Below, piece after piece: positions 1-10,800 of a stretch of 64,000 bases of DNA (within the stretch, counting starts at the first letter, position 1; each line of letters starts with the position of its first letter). The stretch comes from Isosphaeraceae bacterium (GTDB taxonomy: Bacteria; Planctomycetota; Planctomycetia; Isosphaerales; Isosphaeraceae): positions 68,214-132,213 of the forward strand of contig JANRKW010000014.1 in the NCBI GenBank assembly GCA_033763215.1, given 5' to 3'. Position numbers and translations under genes: made by a program. Under the pieces are notes generated by a model. The model did not search any database. It was not told where the DNA came from and was given only the letters and a program-made list of their open reading frames with translations.

Positions 1-433
1 GGAACGGGATGGTGCTGTTGAGCTCGACGTGGATCTCGCCGCAGATCTTGCCGCGCTCGAGCTCGGCCCGCCAATCCCGCGCCGTCTCGATGGCGCTGAG
101 GAGCTCTTCCATGCCGTAGGGCTTGGTGACGTATGCGTTGGCCCCGACTCGGAAGCCGCCGATCCGATGGTCGAGATCGCCCAACGCAGTGAGCATGACG
201 ATCGGAGTGAGCATGGTCCGAGCGTCGGATCGAACTCGGCGACAGATCTCGAAGCCGTTGACGTCCGGGAGCATCACATCGAGGAGGACGACGTCGAAGA
301 CCTGAGAACTGACGAGACGGAGCGCGGTGGCTCCGTCGGATGCGATCTCGGGCTCGATCGAATGGTGACGCAACAGTCGCGCAACCATCGATGCTTGGTC
401 GGCATCATCCTCGACGATCAGGGCTCTCGACAT
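1..433 (-). CDS. Response regulator receiver-domain protein. Only the N-terminal 144 aa are in the window; the gene continues past position 1.
   Basis: Reverse translation from ATG at 433..431 gives MSRALIVEDDADQASMVARLL...VFDVVLLDVMLPDVNGFEICRRVR...IVMLTALGD...ANAYVTKPYGMEELLSAIE. This has the CheY-like hallmarks: the acidic pair, the phospho-acceptor Asp in the LLDVMLPD context, and a conserved T/K. It is not in the ORF track because it is truncated by the window edge. Confidence 0.7.
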   Translation of the reverse strand, partial: MSRALIVEDDADQASMVARLLRHHSIEPEIASDGATALRLVSSQVFDVVLLDVMLPDVNGFEICRRVRSDARTMLTPIVMLTALGDLDHRIGGFRVGANAYVTKPYGMEELLSAIETARDWRAELERGKICGEIHVELNSTIPF

Positions 434-515
434 CGCGCGACCCTCCCCCCACTGCTCGCCGAGACGACCGACCGGTGAGGTGGGTTCGCCGCGGTTCGCG
501 TTCGTTCTCCAGCGT

Positions 516-1508
516 TCAGGCATGGAGTTCGACGACGTCGCCCTCATGCAGTTCGTGATCCCGTTTGACCGTTTGGCCGTCGAAGACTCCGACGCCCCAG
601 ACCTTGGCGAACTTCAACGAGTGTTCGAGATCGCGATGAACTTCGCGAGCGAGATCGAGCACCGTCGAGCCGATCGGCAAGGTGAAAGGACTGGTGCGAT
701 CGACCGGCTTCCCGGGAACCTTGGTGTAAATCCGGATGACGCCTAGTAGATCGTAGGAGAACCGGCGGACGTCGTCCATCCCGCGACCGGTTTCGGACGC
801 CGCGGCGAGGATCGGAAACCGGGCGTCGAACCATTCGCGGACGATGGCGAGCCGGTCCTCCGCGCCCTCGGCGTCGGCCTTTTGGGCGAGGAGGATCGTG
901 GGAACGTGGCGGATCAATTCGTCTTCGGAGTCGTGCGGCAACGTGCCGACGAGTTCGGTGTGGACCTGTTCGAGTCGCTCGAGGACGGTTGTCGCGTCGT
1001 CGACGACGTCGTCGGACTCGAGGTCGACGACGAAGAGCGCCGCGTCGGCGGAGCGGATGATGTTGGGGACCCAGGGTTCCATCAGATCGGCGGAGATCGG
1101 CGGCAGGTCGACGAGTTGGATCCTCACGTCCTCGAACATCATGATCCCGGGGTAGGGGGCCCGGGTGGTGAAGGGGTAGGGGGCGATCTCGGGCTTGGCG
1201 TTCGTCAGGGAGGCCAACAGGGCCGACTTCCCGACATTCGGGGCGCCGACGAGCACGATCTGGCCCGCACCCTCGCGCGGAACGCGACGACTGACGCCGG
1301 TCGGCTTTCCCGTCGTCTTCCCGCCCTCGAGGTCGTCCTTGGCCCGACTGATCTTCTGCTTGAGGTCGGACTGGAGCTTTTCCGTGCCCTTGTGCTTGGG
1401 GAGTAGCCGGAACATCTCCCGCAACTTCTCGAGGCGCTCGGCGGGCGTGGTTGCCTTTCGAAACTCGTCCTCGGCTTTGCTGTACTGCGGTGGAAGATTC
1501 GCGGGCAT
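516..1508 (-). CDS. Obg-superfamily GTPase with a C-terminal TGS domain, DRG/Rbg1-like
   Basis: Track ORF 516..1769, with an internal ATG at 1508 (cat at 1506..1508 on the plus strand). G1 P-loop GAPNVGKS, G2 PFTT, G3 DLPP. N-terminal helical region KHKGTEKLQSDLKQKISRAKDDLE resembles the DRG KNKATE...LKAKLAKYR motif. C-terminal IRIYTKVPGKPVDRTSPFTLPIGSTVLDLAREVHRDLEHSLKFAKVWG...GDVVEL is a TGS domain, closely paralleling human DRG1 C-terminal CIYTKKRGQRPDFTDAIILRKGASVEHVCHRIHRSLASQFKYALVWG. Confidence 0.8.
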   Translation of the reverse strand: MPANLPPQYSKAEDEFRKATTPAERLEKLREMFRLLPKHKGTEKLQSDLKQKISRAKDDLEGGKTTGKPTGVSRRVPREGAGQIVLVGAPNVGKSALLASLTNAKPEIAPYPFTTRAPYPGIMMFEDVRIQLVDLPPISADLMEPWVPNIIRSADAALFVVDLESDDVVDDATTVLERLEQVHTELVGTLPHDSEDELIRHVPTILLAQKADAEGAEDRLAIVREWFDARFPILAAASETGRGMDDVRRFSYDLLGVIRIYTKVPGKPVDRTSPFTLPIGSTVLDLAREVHRDLEHSLKFAKVWGVGVFDGQTVKRDHELHEGDVVELHA

Positions 1509-1771
1509 CGTCGAGCTCTTCCGGGGCGGTGCGGTTGCGGGGGATCGATCGATCCAGTGATCCAGGGAGCCTAACGTCCGCCCGCCGGAGCGACAAGACG
1601 CGACGGCGAGAGCCGATCCCGCTGCAATGTGCTTGGGCCGAACTCGGGTCTCCCCTCGCACGCGGGCGCTTCGGGCCGGCCGATCTGATAAAACGAGTGA
1701 GGTCGAACCGTCGGACCTGGAGATCGTCGAGCGTGCCCTCTCATTTTCCCGCGACTTCCGAATTTGCACGC

Positions 1772-2566
1772 ATGCTCCGCGGCGAGCGTGTGATCTCGCT
1801 CGAGCGCATCGCCCTCGAGATCGCGCGTGACGCCTTTCCCGACCTCGACGCGTCCGAGACCTCGGCCCGACTCGATGAACTCGCCGCGCGGGTTCGCGAC
1901 CGAACCCCCAAGAACGCCGGCACTCGGGCGATGCTTGCCCAGGTTCGCTGGGTCCTCCACGTCGAGGAGGGTTTCCAAGGAGACAGAGAGCAGTACTACG
2001 ACGCCTCGAACAGCTATCTCAACGAAGTCGTGGAGAGGCGGAGGGGGATCCCGATCAGCCTCTGTCTCGTCTATCTCTGCCTCGCCGAACGTCTCGAGCT
2101 TCCGCTCGCCGGGGTGAGCCTGCCCTCGCACTTCATGCTTCGAGTCATGGACCAGCCGATTCCGCTCTTCCTCGACGCCTTCGATGAGGGAAAGCTCCTC
2201 GATCTCCCGATGTGCGAACGGCGGCTCGAGGAGATCATCGGCGCACCGACCAAGTTGTCGCCCGGCGTCCTGGCTCCGTGTCGCCTGGAGGAGATCGTGG
2301 CCCGGATGCTCAGAAATCTCCGGGAGATCCACCTCGCCGAGGGCAACTTCGTCGCAGCGCTTCCCGTCGTTCGGCGACTCGCCGCACTCGAGCCCGACGA
2401 CTTCCGTTCCACGCGCGACTGGGGCGTCGTTGCGCTCCAGGCCGATCATCCGGGGGAAGCCGTGACCCCGCTCCTGCGTTGCGCGGAATTGGCGCAGGGC
2501 GAGGAGCGCGAGGAACTCGCCCGACTGGCTCGGATCGCCAGGCGCCGGCAAGCCGAGCGAAACTGA
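1772..2566 (+). CDS. Transglutaminase-like/TPR protein of the SirB1/YchA family
   Basis: Internal ATG at 1772 of track ORF 1451..2566. This start avoids overlap with the upstream GTPase. Transglutaminase-like core region: GIPISLCLVYLCLAERLELPLAGVSLPSHFMLRV. The C-terminal helical region is TPR-like. Confidence 0.5.
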   Translation: MLRGERVISLERIALEIARDAFPDLDASETSARLDELAARVRDRTPKNAGTRAMLAQVRWVLHVEEGFQGDREQYYDASNSYLNEVVERRRGIPISLCLVYLCLAERLELPLAGVSLPSHFMLRVMDQPIPLFLDAFDEGKLLDLPMCERRLEEIIGAPTKLSPGVLAPCRLEEIVARMLRNLREIHLAEGNFVAALPVVRRLAALEPDDFRSTRDWGVVALQADHPGEAVTPLLRCAELAQGEEREELARLARIARRRQAERN

Positions 2567-2870
2567 TCGAGTCGGAGATGGATCGCGAGCGGGTCGAACC
2601 GGAAGATCGGTCTCGCTTGGCCTCGGACATTTGTGGTGGCCGCCCGCCTGAGCAATTCCCCTCGATCCTGCGAGGATTTCCTCAAGTCGCTCATGGAGCC
2701 GTTCCGAAGAACGAGGATGTGAGATTGGCGAGATTTCACGCAGTAGATCCAACACCCAGAGTTCGACATCGATCTCGACGATTCTCGACCCGATCGCCGG
2801 CCCGGATTCGTGAGGGCGGAGCCCGACCACGAAGTGGGATCGACGCGCTCGGGATCAAATACAGGAGGGG

Positions 2871-4769
2871 ATGCCGGTCATGTTGCGACGACACCCTTGC
2901 GCCTTGCTGCCGCCGATGCTCCTGATCCTCTCGTCGACGATCGGCTGCTCGATGACGTCTCCCGGTGCGCCTCGAACCGGGGGACGCTCGGAGTTGAAGA
3001 CGATCGCCTCGGTCGGCGATCGTCCATTGCCCGCGGTCACGGGCGAACCCGGGGCTTCGGTCGTCGCCGCGGAAACCGCGCCTCCCTCGCGACGAACGGC
3101 CTCGAGCCGAATCTCGGGCCGCGTCGTCGACCGGCGAGGCCGGCCGGTGCCCAATGCGCTGGTGCGAACCGCGCTCGGCGCAACGACCGCGGGCCGCGTC
3201 GCCGAGACGACGACCGATTCGTCGGGCGGCTTCACGCTCCACGGACTCCGTCCGGGCTCGCGATACACGCTCATCGCCGAGTTTGAGACCGACGACGGCC
3301 TGGAGTCGGGCCGGATCGATGCGCTCGCCTCGGAGAGTGGTCTCGAGATCGCGCTGAGCGGCGACGAAATGCCCGACGCGCCGAGGCTCGGGGCAGGGGA
3401 GGGGGCCCGTGCGCGTTCGGTGTCGAATCGGACTCCGATCGATGACCTCGACGAGATCGATGCTCCGGCTTCTCGACGCTCGCGTGCCGCAGTCGAGGTG
3501 AATCTGGACGACATTCCAACGAGCGAGGAGATCGAGGCGAGAAACTCCCCCGAGCCGACGGTCGACTTCGCTCCAGCGCGGGATGCTACGCCGCGACCCG
3601 GAACATCGGGCTGGCGCGGGGTCGGAGATGAGCCGATCGGCCGTGCGACGATTCCGAGTGCGGGAATCTCACGCACGACGGATCTCGATGCCAAGGCAGC
3701 CGCTCGCACCCTCGATCCACCGCCCGCAAGCGAGGTCGAGTCGTTGGACGAGCCGGGGTCGAGGCTCTCCGAGGACGACGGGGAGAATCCGCTTCCTCCC
3801 GCGATCGATCCTTCTGCGTCGCGACCTTCGAGCCGGGAACTCGGCAGTCGCGGCACGCCCTCCTCTCGACCCACGCGCGGCGCTGGGGAGTTCGACGCGG
3901 CGGCGCTGCTCGCCGCTGAAGCGAATGCCGGCGGGATCAGGTTGGCGGAGCGGGACGCATCGCCTCGGCCGCCGGTCGACTGGGACGGCACCAAGGGGCA
4001 GGGGGCGGTTTCGCAACAACCGTCGTCGCTCGCGACTGAGGACACGCCCAGCGGACGAAACGCGCCGACGGAGCTCCCGGAGAGCCCCGCTCGGGCCACG
4101 ACATGGGATGAACTCCTCGCGGCGGAGGCCGGGCCTCGAACCGCTTCACGCCGCGAGCCTTCCGTCGCGCCGGATGCCGCGACCGCTCCGGCGACGGCCT
4201 CTGCGTCCACGACGCGTGCCCCGTCGCGTCTCCTCGACGTCTTTCGGCGATCCACTCCCGGCGACACCACGCCCGCAAGACTCGAGCTCTGTCGCTATGA
4301 TGCGTCGCGGCAGAAGCTCGACGAGCTGCGTCTCCCTGATGCCGACGGTCGGGTCGTGTCGTTTCGAGAGATCGACGCCGACTACGTGCTCCTCGACTTC
4401 TGGGGAAGCTGGTGTCGTCCCTGCGTCCAGTCGATCCCGCACCTCGTCGAGCTCCAGAATCGATTCGGTCCGCGGATCAAGATCGTCGGAATCGCATGCG
4501 AGAAAGGCGGATTCGAGGAGCGCGCGGCCAAGGCTCGCGAAACCGCGACGAAGCTTGGCGTGAACTACACGGTGCTCGTGAGTTCCGCGGAGGAGTTCAG
4601 CCCGGTCCTGGACGCGCTGAAGATCCAGGGCTTTCCCACGATGATCTTGGTCGACCGCTCCGGCAAGGTCGTTTGGCGCGAGCAGGGTGCAGCGCCGCCG
4701 ACCTTGGCGCGGCTCGACCGAGTGCTCGCCGCGTCGGCGGCGGGAGTCGGCGATTCGGTCCGTCGCTGA
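2871..4769 (+). CDS. Secreted/lipoprotein-like protein. It has a carboxypeptidase-regulatory-like beta-sandwich, a ~330-aa Pro/Ala/Ser/Arg-rich disordered linker, and a C-terminal TlpA/ResA-like thioredoxin domain.
   Basis: SD-like caggagggg lies immediately upstream of the ATG. Signal and lipobox-like stretch: LLPPMLLILSSTIGC. CarbopepD_reg-like segment: GRVVDRRGRPVPNALV...DSSGGFTLHGLRPGSRYTLIAEF. Thioredoxin CxxC motif WCRPC, followed by ...GFPTMILVDRSGKVVW. Confidence 0.75.
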   Translation: MPVMLRRHPCALLPPMLLILSSTIGCSMTSPGAPRTGGRSELKTIASVGDRPLPAVTGEPGASVVAAETAPPSRRTASSRISGRVVDRRGRPVPNALVRTALGATTAGRVAETTTDSSGGFTLHGLRPGSRYTLIAEFETDDGLESGRIDALASESGLEIALSGDEMPDAPRLGAGEGARARSVSNRTPIDDLDEIDAPASRRSRAAVEVNLDDIPTSEEIEARNSPEPTVDFAPARDATPRPGTSGWRGVGDEPIGRATIPSAGISRTTDLDAKAAARTLDPPPASEVESLDEPGSRLSEDDGENPLPPAIDPSASRPSSRELGSRGTPSSRPTRGAGEFDAAALLAAEANAGGIRLAERDASPRPPVDWDGTKGQGAVSQQPSSLATEDTPSGRNAPTELPESPARATTWDELLAAEAGPRTASRREPSVAPDAATAPATASASTTRAPSRLLDVFRRSTPGDTTPARLELCRYDASRQKLDELRLPDADGRVVSFREIDADYVLLDFWGSWCRPCVQSIPHLVELQNRFGPRIKIVGIACEKGGFEERAAKARETATKLGVNYTVLVSSAEEFSPVLDALKIQGFPTMILVDRSGKVVWREQGAAPPTLARLDRVLAASAAGVGDSVRR

Positions 4770-4818
4770 GCCGGGCATTGAGCCCCTCGCACGACGGACC
4801 TCAGCTTCGCCGCGCGAG

Positions 4819-6048
4819 TCACTCGTGCGAGGTCAGCTCGGCGATCGCGACGAGTTCCTCGGGAGCCCCCTCCTTGTGGATGTCGGGCATGAGTGCCTTC
4901 AGCCAGGGTGGGGCGATGAAGGTGGTCGCCATCACGACGATTGCGATCGCGGCGAACTGCCCTTCGTCGAGCAGCTTCGAGGAGAGGCCGATCTGAGCGA
5001 AGATGAGACCGACCTCGCCGCGCGGGATCATCCCGACGCCGATGAGTTGCTTGTTCCCCTTGAACCACCAAGCCGCATAGCCGCAGACGTACTTGCCTGC
5101 GACTGCGGCCAGCGTGAGGCAAGCGGCGATCAAGAGTGTGCCGTGATTGCGGCTGTCGAGCGGATTGAGGGTGGTGACGTCGAGCGCCGCACCCACGCTG
5201 ACGAAGAAGAGCGGGACGAAGAACGCCCCCAGACGAATCACGCTGGTCTCGATGTCGTGATGTTGCGGCGTTCCGACGAGCAGCATTCCGCCGGCAAACG
5301 CTCCCAGGATCACGGCCGAGCCGAGTAGATCCGCCAACCAGGCGAGGCCGAGAGCGAGCAGCAGAGCGGGGACGATGGCCGTACCCTCTTCCATGGTCAG
5401 CCTTGCGAGCCTGCGGGTGATCGGCGGAACGACGATCCGACCGACGAGGATCACGACGACAAGGAACCCGATCGCGAGGCCGGCCGTCTTGCCGACACCG
5501 AGGAACGAGAGCTCCTGACCCTGGGCCAAGCCCGACACGAGCGACAGGATGATCAGGCCGATCACGTCGTCGATGACCGCGGCGCCGAGGATCACCTGAC
5601 TCTCGTCGGCGTGGAGTTGCCCGAGGTCGCTGAGCACACGCGCGGTGATTCCCACACTGGTTGCCGTCAGCGCCGCACCGGCAAAGATTGCGATGATGTT
5701 GCTCGAGCCGAATGCCTTCATCACGAGGAAGCCGAGAACGAAGGGGAGAGCGACGCCCGCCACAGCGACGACCGCCGAAGTCGGCCCCACGCGCAGGAGT
5801 TGACGCAGGTCGGTCTCGAGCCCGATCGTGAAGAGCAGGAGGATGACCCCGAGTTCGGCCATCAGATGGATGACTTCGACCTTGGGGTCGACGAGGCCGA
5901 GCACCGATTTTCCGACGATGACCCCGGCGATCAACTCTCCGAGCACCGCGGGTTGCCCGAGCTTGCGAGCGAGCCAACCGCAAAGCCGGGCCGATCCCAG
6001 CATGGCGATGAGGATTCCGAGGAACTGGGCGAGCGTGAGGTGCTCCAT
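4819..6048 (-). CDS. Cation:proton antiporter (Na+/H+ or K+/H+ exchanger, CPA family)
   Basis: Start MEHLTLAQFLGILIAMLG at 6048 (cat at 6046..6048). The ~198 aa upstream of it in the track ORF are Arg/Ser-rich junk. There are 10-12 hydrophobic spans with typical CPA segments: LGELIAGVIVGKSVLG, IGLETD, and ATSVGITARVLSDLG. Total 410 aa. Confidence 0.85.
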   Translation of the reverse strand: MEHLTLAQFLGILIAMLGSARLCGWLARKLGQPAVLGELIAGVIVGKSVLGLVDPKVEVIHLMAELGVILLLFTIGLETDLRQLLRVGPTSAVVAVAGVALPFVLGFLVMKAFGSSNIIAIFAGAALTATSVGITARVLSDLGQLHADESQVILGAAVIDDVIGLIILSLVSGLAQGQELSFLGVGKTAGLAIGFLVVVILVGRIVVPPITRRLARLTMEEGTAIVPALLLALGLAWLADLLGSAVILGAFAGGMLLVGTPQHHDIETSVIRLGAFFVPLFFVSVGAALDVTTLNPLDSRNHGTLLIAACLTLAAVAGKYVCGYAAWWFKGNKQLIGVGMIPRGEVGLIFAQIGLSSKLLDEGQFAAIAIVVMATTFIAPPWLKALMPDIHKEGAPEELVAIAELTSHE

Positions 6049-6157
6049 GCTTCTCCCCTCAAAGGAGATCGCGGCCAGGCGCGAGCCTGCGGCTCTCGGC
6101 GACTCCCATGACGGGAGACGCCGAGAGCAGGCCGGCGCCGAACCTCGATCGGAATGA

Positions 6158-7789
6158 TCACTTGAGACCGATGATCTGTCCCTGGGCGTCGAGATCGATC
6201 CTCTCGCCGGCCGGCCGTTCGGGCAGGCCGGGCATGCGGACGATCTCTCCAGTGAGAGCGACCACGAATCCCGCGCCCGCCGCGATCTCGAGATCGCGGA
6301 CGGTGAGGGTGAAGTCGCGCGGGCGACCGCGACGCTTCGGGTCGTCGGACAACGAGTCCTGGGTCTTGGCCATGCAGATGGGGAGAGCATCGTGGCCGAG
6401 CTTGCGGAGTTTGCGGATCTTGGCTTCCGCTGCGGGCAGAATCGAGACTCCGGCGGCACCGTACATGACCTTGGCGATCCGTTCGATCTTGGCCTCGATC
6501 GGCCAGTCGAGAGGATAGAGCGGCTGATACGGGGTCTCGGGGCCCGCAGCCGCCTCGACGACCTTGCGTGCGAGTTCGGCGGCGCCGGGGCCGCCCTGAC
6601 CAAAGACGTCGGCCGTGGACGACGCCACGCCACGCCCCGCACAATATCGGTGAACCACGTCGAGCTCAGCGTCGGTGTCGCTCGCGAATCGATTGATGGC
6701 GACGACGATCGGCTTGCCGAAGTTGGTCGCGGCGTCGAGGTGCGCCGCGAGATTCTCCAGCCCGCGCTCCACCGCCGCGGGGTCCGACTCGGTGAGCGAA
6801 TCGAGTGCGACGCCGCCGTGCATCTTGAGAGCCCGGATCGTGGCGACGATCACGATCGCCGCAGGATTGAATCCGCCGACGCGGCACTTGATGTCGAAGA
6901 ACTTCTCGGCGCCGAGGTCGAAGGCGAAGCCGGCCTCGGTGACGGCGTAATCGGCGTGGGCGAGCGCCATTCGAGTCGCGAGAACCGAGTTGCAGCCGTG
7001 GGCGATATTCGCGAACGGGCCGCCGTGGACGAATGCGGGAGTCCCCTCGCGCGAGCGGACGAGGTTCGGGTGGATCGCCTCCTTGAGGATCGCGGCCATC
7101 GCGCCCGTGATGCCGATCTCCTGGGCGAGCACCGGTTTGCCGGCGTCGTCGTAGCCGACGAGGATCCGGTCGAGCCGCGATCGGAGGTCGCTCGGCGAAT
7201 CGGCGAGGCAGAGGATCGCCATCACCTCGCTCGCCGCGGTGATGTCGAAGCCGGACTCTCGGGGGACCCCTTGGCTGGGCCCGCCGAGGCCGATCACGAT
7301 CCTCCGAAGCGCTCGGTCGTTCATGTCGAGCGCGCGCTTCCAGAGGACGTGCAGCGGCGAGAGACGCGTGTCCCCGAAGTGGAGCCGGTTGTCGATCGCA
7401 GCGGCGAGCAGATTGTGCGCCGCGGTGATAGCGTGGAAGTCGCCCGTGAACTGGAGATTGATCTCATCGGAGGGGATCAATCGGCTCGCGCCCCCGCCGG
7501 TGGCCCCCCCTTTGCGACCGAAGACCGGGCCCATCGACGGTTGCCGGAGGGCCAAACACGACCGCTCTCCGATCACCCGCAATCCCTGCGCCAAGCCGAT
7601 CGAAACGGTGGTCTTCCCTTCGCCGGCAGGGGTCGGAGTGATCGCCGAGACGAGGATCAGCTTGCCCGGCGGCCGTTTCGATGCCGCGATCGCATCGAGG
7701 CGAACCTTGGCCTTGTCGCGTCCATACGGTTCCACGTGTTCCGGAGCGATGCCGAGATCGGCGGCCAGGTCGAGAATCGGAAAGGACAT
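6158..7789 (-). CDS. fhs: Formate--tetrahydrofolate ligase (10-formyl-THF synthetase)
   Basis: Start MSFPILDLAADLGIAPEHVEPYGRDKAKV at 7789 (cat at 7787..7789). P-loop PTPAGEGKTT. Overall 543 aa, colinear with the FTHFS family. The end matches ...EIVRMPGLPERPAGERIDLD. Confidence 0.9.
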   Translation of the reverse strand: MSFPILDLAADLGIAPEHVEPYGRDKAKVRLDAIAASKRPPGKLILVSAITPTPAGEGKTTVSIGLAQGLRVIGERSCLALRQPSMGPVFGRKGGATGGGASRLIPSDEINLQFTGDFHAITAAHNLLAAAIDNRLHFGDTRLSPLHVLWKRALDMNDRALRRIVIGLGGPSQGVPRESGFDITAASEVMAILCLADSPSDLRSRLDRILVGYDDAGKPVLAQEIGITGAMAAILKEAIHPNLVRSREGTPAFVHGGPFANIAHGCNSVLATRMALAHADYAVTEAGFAFDLGAEKFFDIKCRVGGFNPAAIVIVATIRALKMHGGVALDSLTESDPAAVERGLENLAAHLDAATNFGKPIVVAINRFASDTDAELDVVHRYCAGRGVASSTADVFGQGGPGAAELARKVVEAAAGPETPYQPLYPLDWPIEAKIERIAKVMYGAAGVSILPAAEAKIRKLRKLGHDALPICMAKTQDSLSDDPKRRGRPRDFTLTVRDLEIAAGAGFVVALTGEIVRMPGLPERPAGERIDLDAQGQIIGLK

Positions 7790-7868
7790 GCGAACTCTCT
7801 CGAGAGATGAAGTGAACAAGGGAGGTTGGACGCACGGAGCCGGTCGAACCGACTCCGGATCGTCGATG

Positions 7869-10800
7869 TCAGGGTTTACCGAGGTGCTCCGCGAGCCATC
7901 CGTGCATCGCCTTCCACCATTCGATCCGATTCGCGGGCTGGAGGATCCAGTGCCCCTCATCGGGGAAGAGCACCAATCGGCTCGGAACCCCGCGACGTTG
8001 CAGCGCCGTGAAGAGGCCGATGCCTTGGGCCTCGGGCACTCGGAAATCGAGAGCTCCGTGGATCACGAGCGTCGGCGTCTTGAAGTTCTTCACGAACGCG
8101 CTCGGCGTCTGGCTCTTGTAGAGATCAGGGGCATCCCAAGGAGGTCCGCCGAACTCGAATTCGGGAAACCAGAGTTCCTCTGTTGTTCCGTACTTGCTCG
8201 TCAGGTCGAACACGCCCGCGTGGCTGATCAAGGCCTTGAAGCGGTCGGTGTGGCCCAGGATCCAGTTGACCATGAACCCGCCGTACGACCCGCCCGCCGC
8301 CGCCATGCGCGACTCGTCGAGGAAGGAATACGTCTTCAAGGCATGATCGAGCCCGAGCATGAGGTCGGTGTAGACGCGACCAGTCCAATCCTTGCTGATC
8401 TGGAGCGTGAACTTCTGGCCGTAGCCGGTCGATCCGCGAGGGTTGATCGCGACACCCACGTAGCCCGGGCTGGTGAACATCGCGTAGTTCCAGCGTGCCG
8501 ACCATTCGTCGTGCCAGGCACCTTGGGGGCCGCCGTGGATCAAGAAGAGCACGGGGTACTTCTTCTTGGGGTCGAATCCGGGCGGTTTGATCAACCATCC
8601 CGCGACCTCGTCGCCGTCGGCTCCCTTGAAGCGAAACTCCTCGGCGCGATGGAGGTCGAGCTCGGCGAACTTCGCCGCGTTGTGCTTGGTGAGCGCGACC
8701 GACTTCGATCCGTCGGACGAGGTCCGGTGGATCTCGGCGGGGGAGACCGAGTTCGCGTGGAGATGTATCAGGTTTTTTCCAGTGCTCGTCGCCGCCGTCG
8801 AGACCCCGCCCTTGGTGAGAATCTCGGGAGCCGCGACGAGCAGGCGTCCCGCTTCGTCTTCGATGAAGCCGATCCGCACCAACGGCTCCGTGCCCTCGTG
8901 GTCGACGACGGCGATCAGTTCGTAGAGAGTTCCGGCATCGACCTTCGACGGCGGCCCCCAAGAGAATCCGAGAACTGGTCGGTCGAGGGTTCGAGTCAAT
9001 TCGACGAACTGACTCGTTTCACGGCTCTTCACCGTCAAGACCCACTGATCCGACTCATATCCCGGAGTGTCCTGGGAGACGAAGGCGAGGAAGGCTCCGT
9101 CCGGAGAGAAGGCGGGTTGAGCGTCGGCCGCGGGGTTGCCCGAGGTCAGGTTGCGGAGCTTGCCGCCGCTTGAGGGTACGCTCCAGAGGTCGGTGTTCGT
9201 CGACCATGCCATGTTCTCGACCGGCTCGGCCGTGAACACGACCTCGAGTCCGTCGGGGGAGAAGGCGTAATCGCTCGACCCGCCGAACGGGGCGGGCGGG
9301 GTGTTGACGCGGAGTTCAGGAGTCACGTCGATCGCCGCACCCGTCGTCGCGTCGATCACGAGCAGATGGGACCGCTTGCCATCGTCCCATCGATCCCAGT
9401 GACGGATCATCAAAGAGTCATAGACGCGAACCTTGCTCTTCGAGGCGGCGCGAGCCTTGTCGCGGGCGGCGGTCTCCTCGGGGGTCGTGCCGGGGTAGAC
9501 TTCGGCGGCGACCACGAGCTTGTCGCCCTTGGGCGACCAGATCGGTCCGGAGACGTCGATCGGCAACTTGGTGAGCGGGCGAGCCTCGCCGCCGTCCGGA
9601 GGGATCAGCCAGACCTGGCTCGAGCCGCCTCGCGACGACGTGAACGCGATCTCGCGACCGTCGGGCCTCCATCGCGGATGGGTGTCGGGGCCGGGGGTCG
9701 CCGTCAACCTGCGCGGCTCGCCGCCTTCAACCTGTACGATCCAGAGGTCGGCGTTGCTCTTGCCGGCGGCGGGGTCGTACTCCGACACGACGTAGACGAC
9801 GAGCTTGCCGTCGGGAGAGACCTGCGGGTCGCTCACCGACTTGACTCCGAGGAGGTCGTCGACCTTCATCGGACGTCCGGCCGCCGACGCCGTCGAATCG
9901 AGCCCGCCCCAAACCACGAGCGCGAGCAATACGGCGGCGATTCCCGAGTTGTTCATGGGGGTCTTCCTCTCGAAGAGCCTCAGGATCCGCAGGATCACGA
10001 CCAGGCTGAGCGCGGCGGCGAACGAGGTGATCACGAGGATGAGGAACAACTTGCTCGGCGGATACTTGCCCCAGAACTGACCGGTGACGTGCACGAGCTT
10101 GTTGCCGACGGCCGTTGCCAGGAACCAGAAGCCCATCCAGAGGCCGCGGTAGCGGGGCGGAGCGAGCTTCGAGGTCAGTGAGAGACCGATCGGGCTGATC
10201 CAGAGTTCGGCGACGGTCAAGAGCGCGTAGCATCCGACGAGCCATCCGGGCCCGACCTTCCCGGTGTCGGCCCCGGCGAATCCGGCGGCCATCATCACAA
10301 CATAGGCGAGGCCGGTGACGATCATCCCCAAGATCATCTTGGTCGTCGTCGACGGCTCGCGACGCGCCCGAGCCAGGCTCGACCAGAGCCAGACCATGAC
10401 GGGGCTGAGCACGAGGATCAGGAACGGATTCACCGACTGAAAGGTCTCGGGGTCCCAGTCGGACTGGGTATTGTCGCGGGCGAAGAAGGTGAGCGTGACC
10501 GAATTCTGATGGAACGCCATCCAGAAGATCGCCACCACGACGAAGACCGCCTTGAGTCGCGCGGCGTCGGCAGCGACGCGGTCGCCGACCGCGAGGAACA
10601 TCGCGACGGTGATCGTCTCGATCGCCAGCCAGATGATCCCGAAATGGACGACGTCGGTCGGCCAGAGTCCCACCGCGGCGATCGACTCGGGCCAGGGGAC
10701 GAGCGGCCCCAGCAGCAGCCAAGCCAGAGCGATTCCGACCGCGACCATGTTGAACGTCTGTGCGAACGCGATTCCGCGGTCGCTCGCGGTCAACGGAGCG

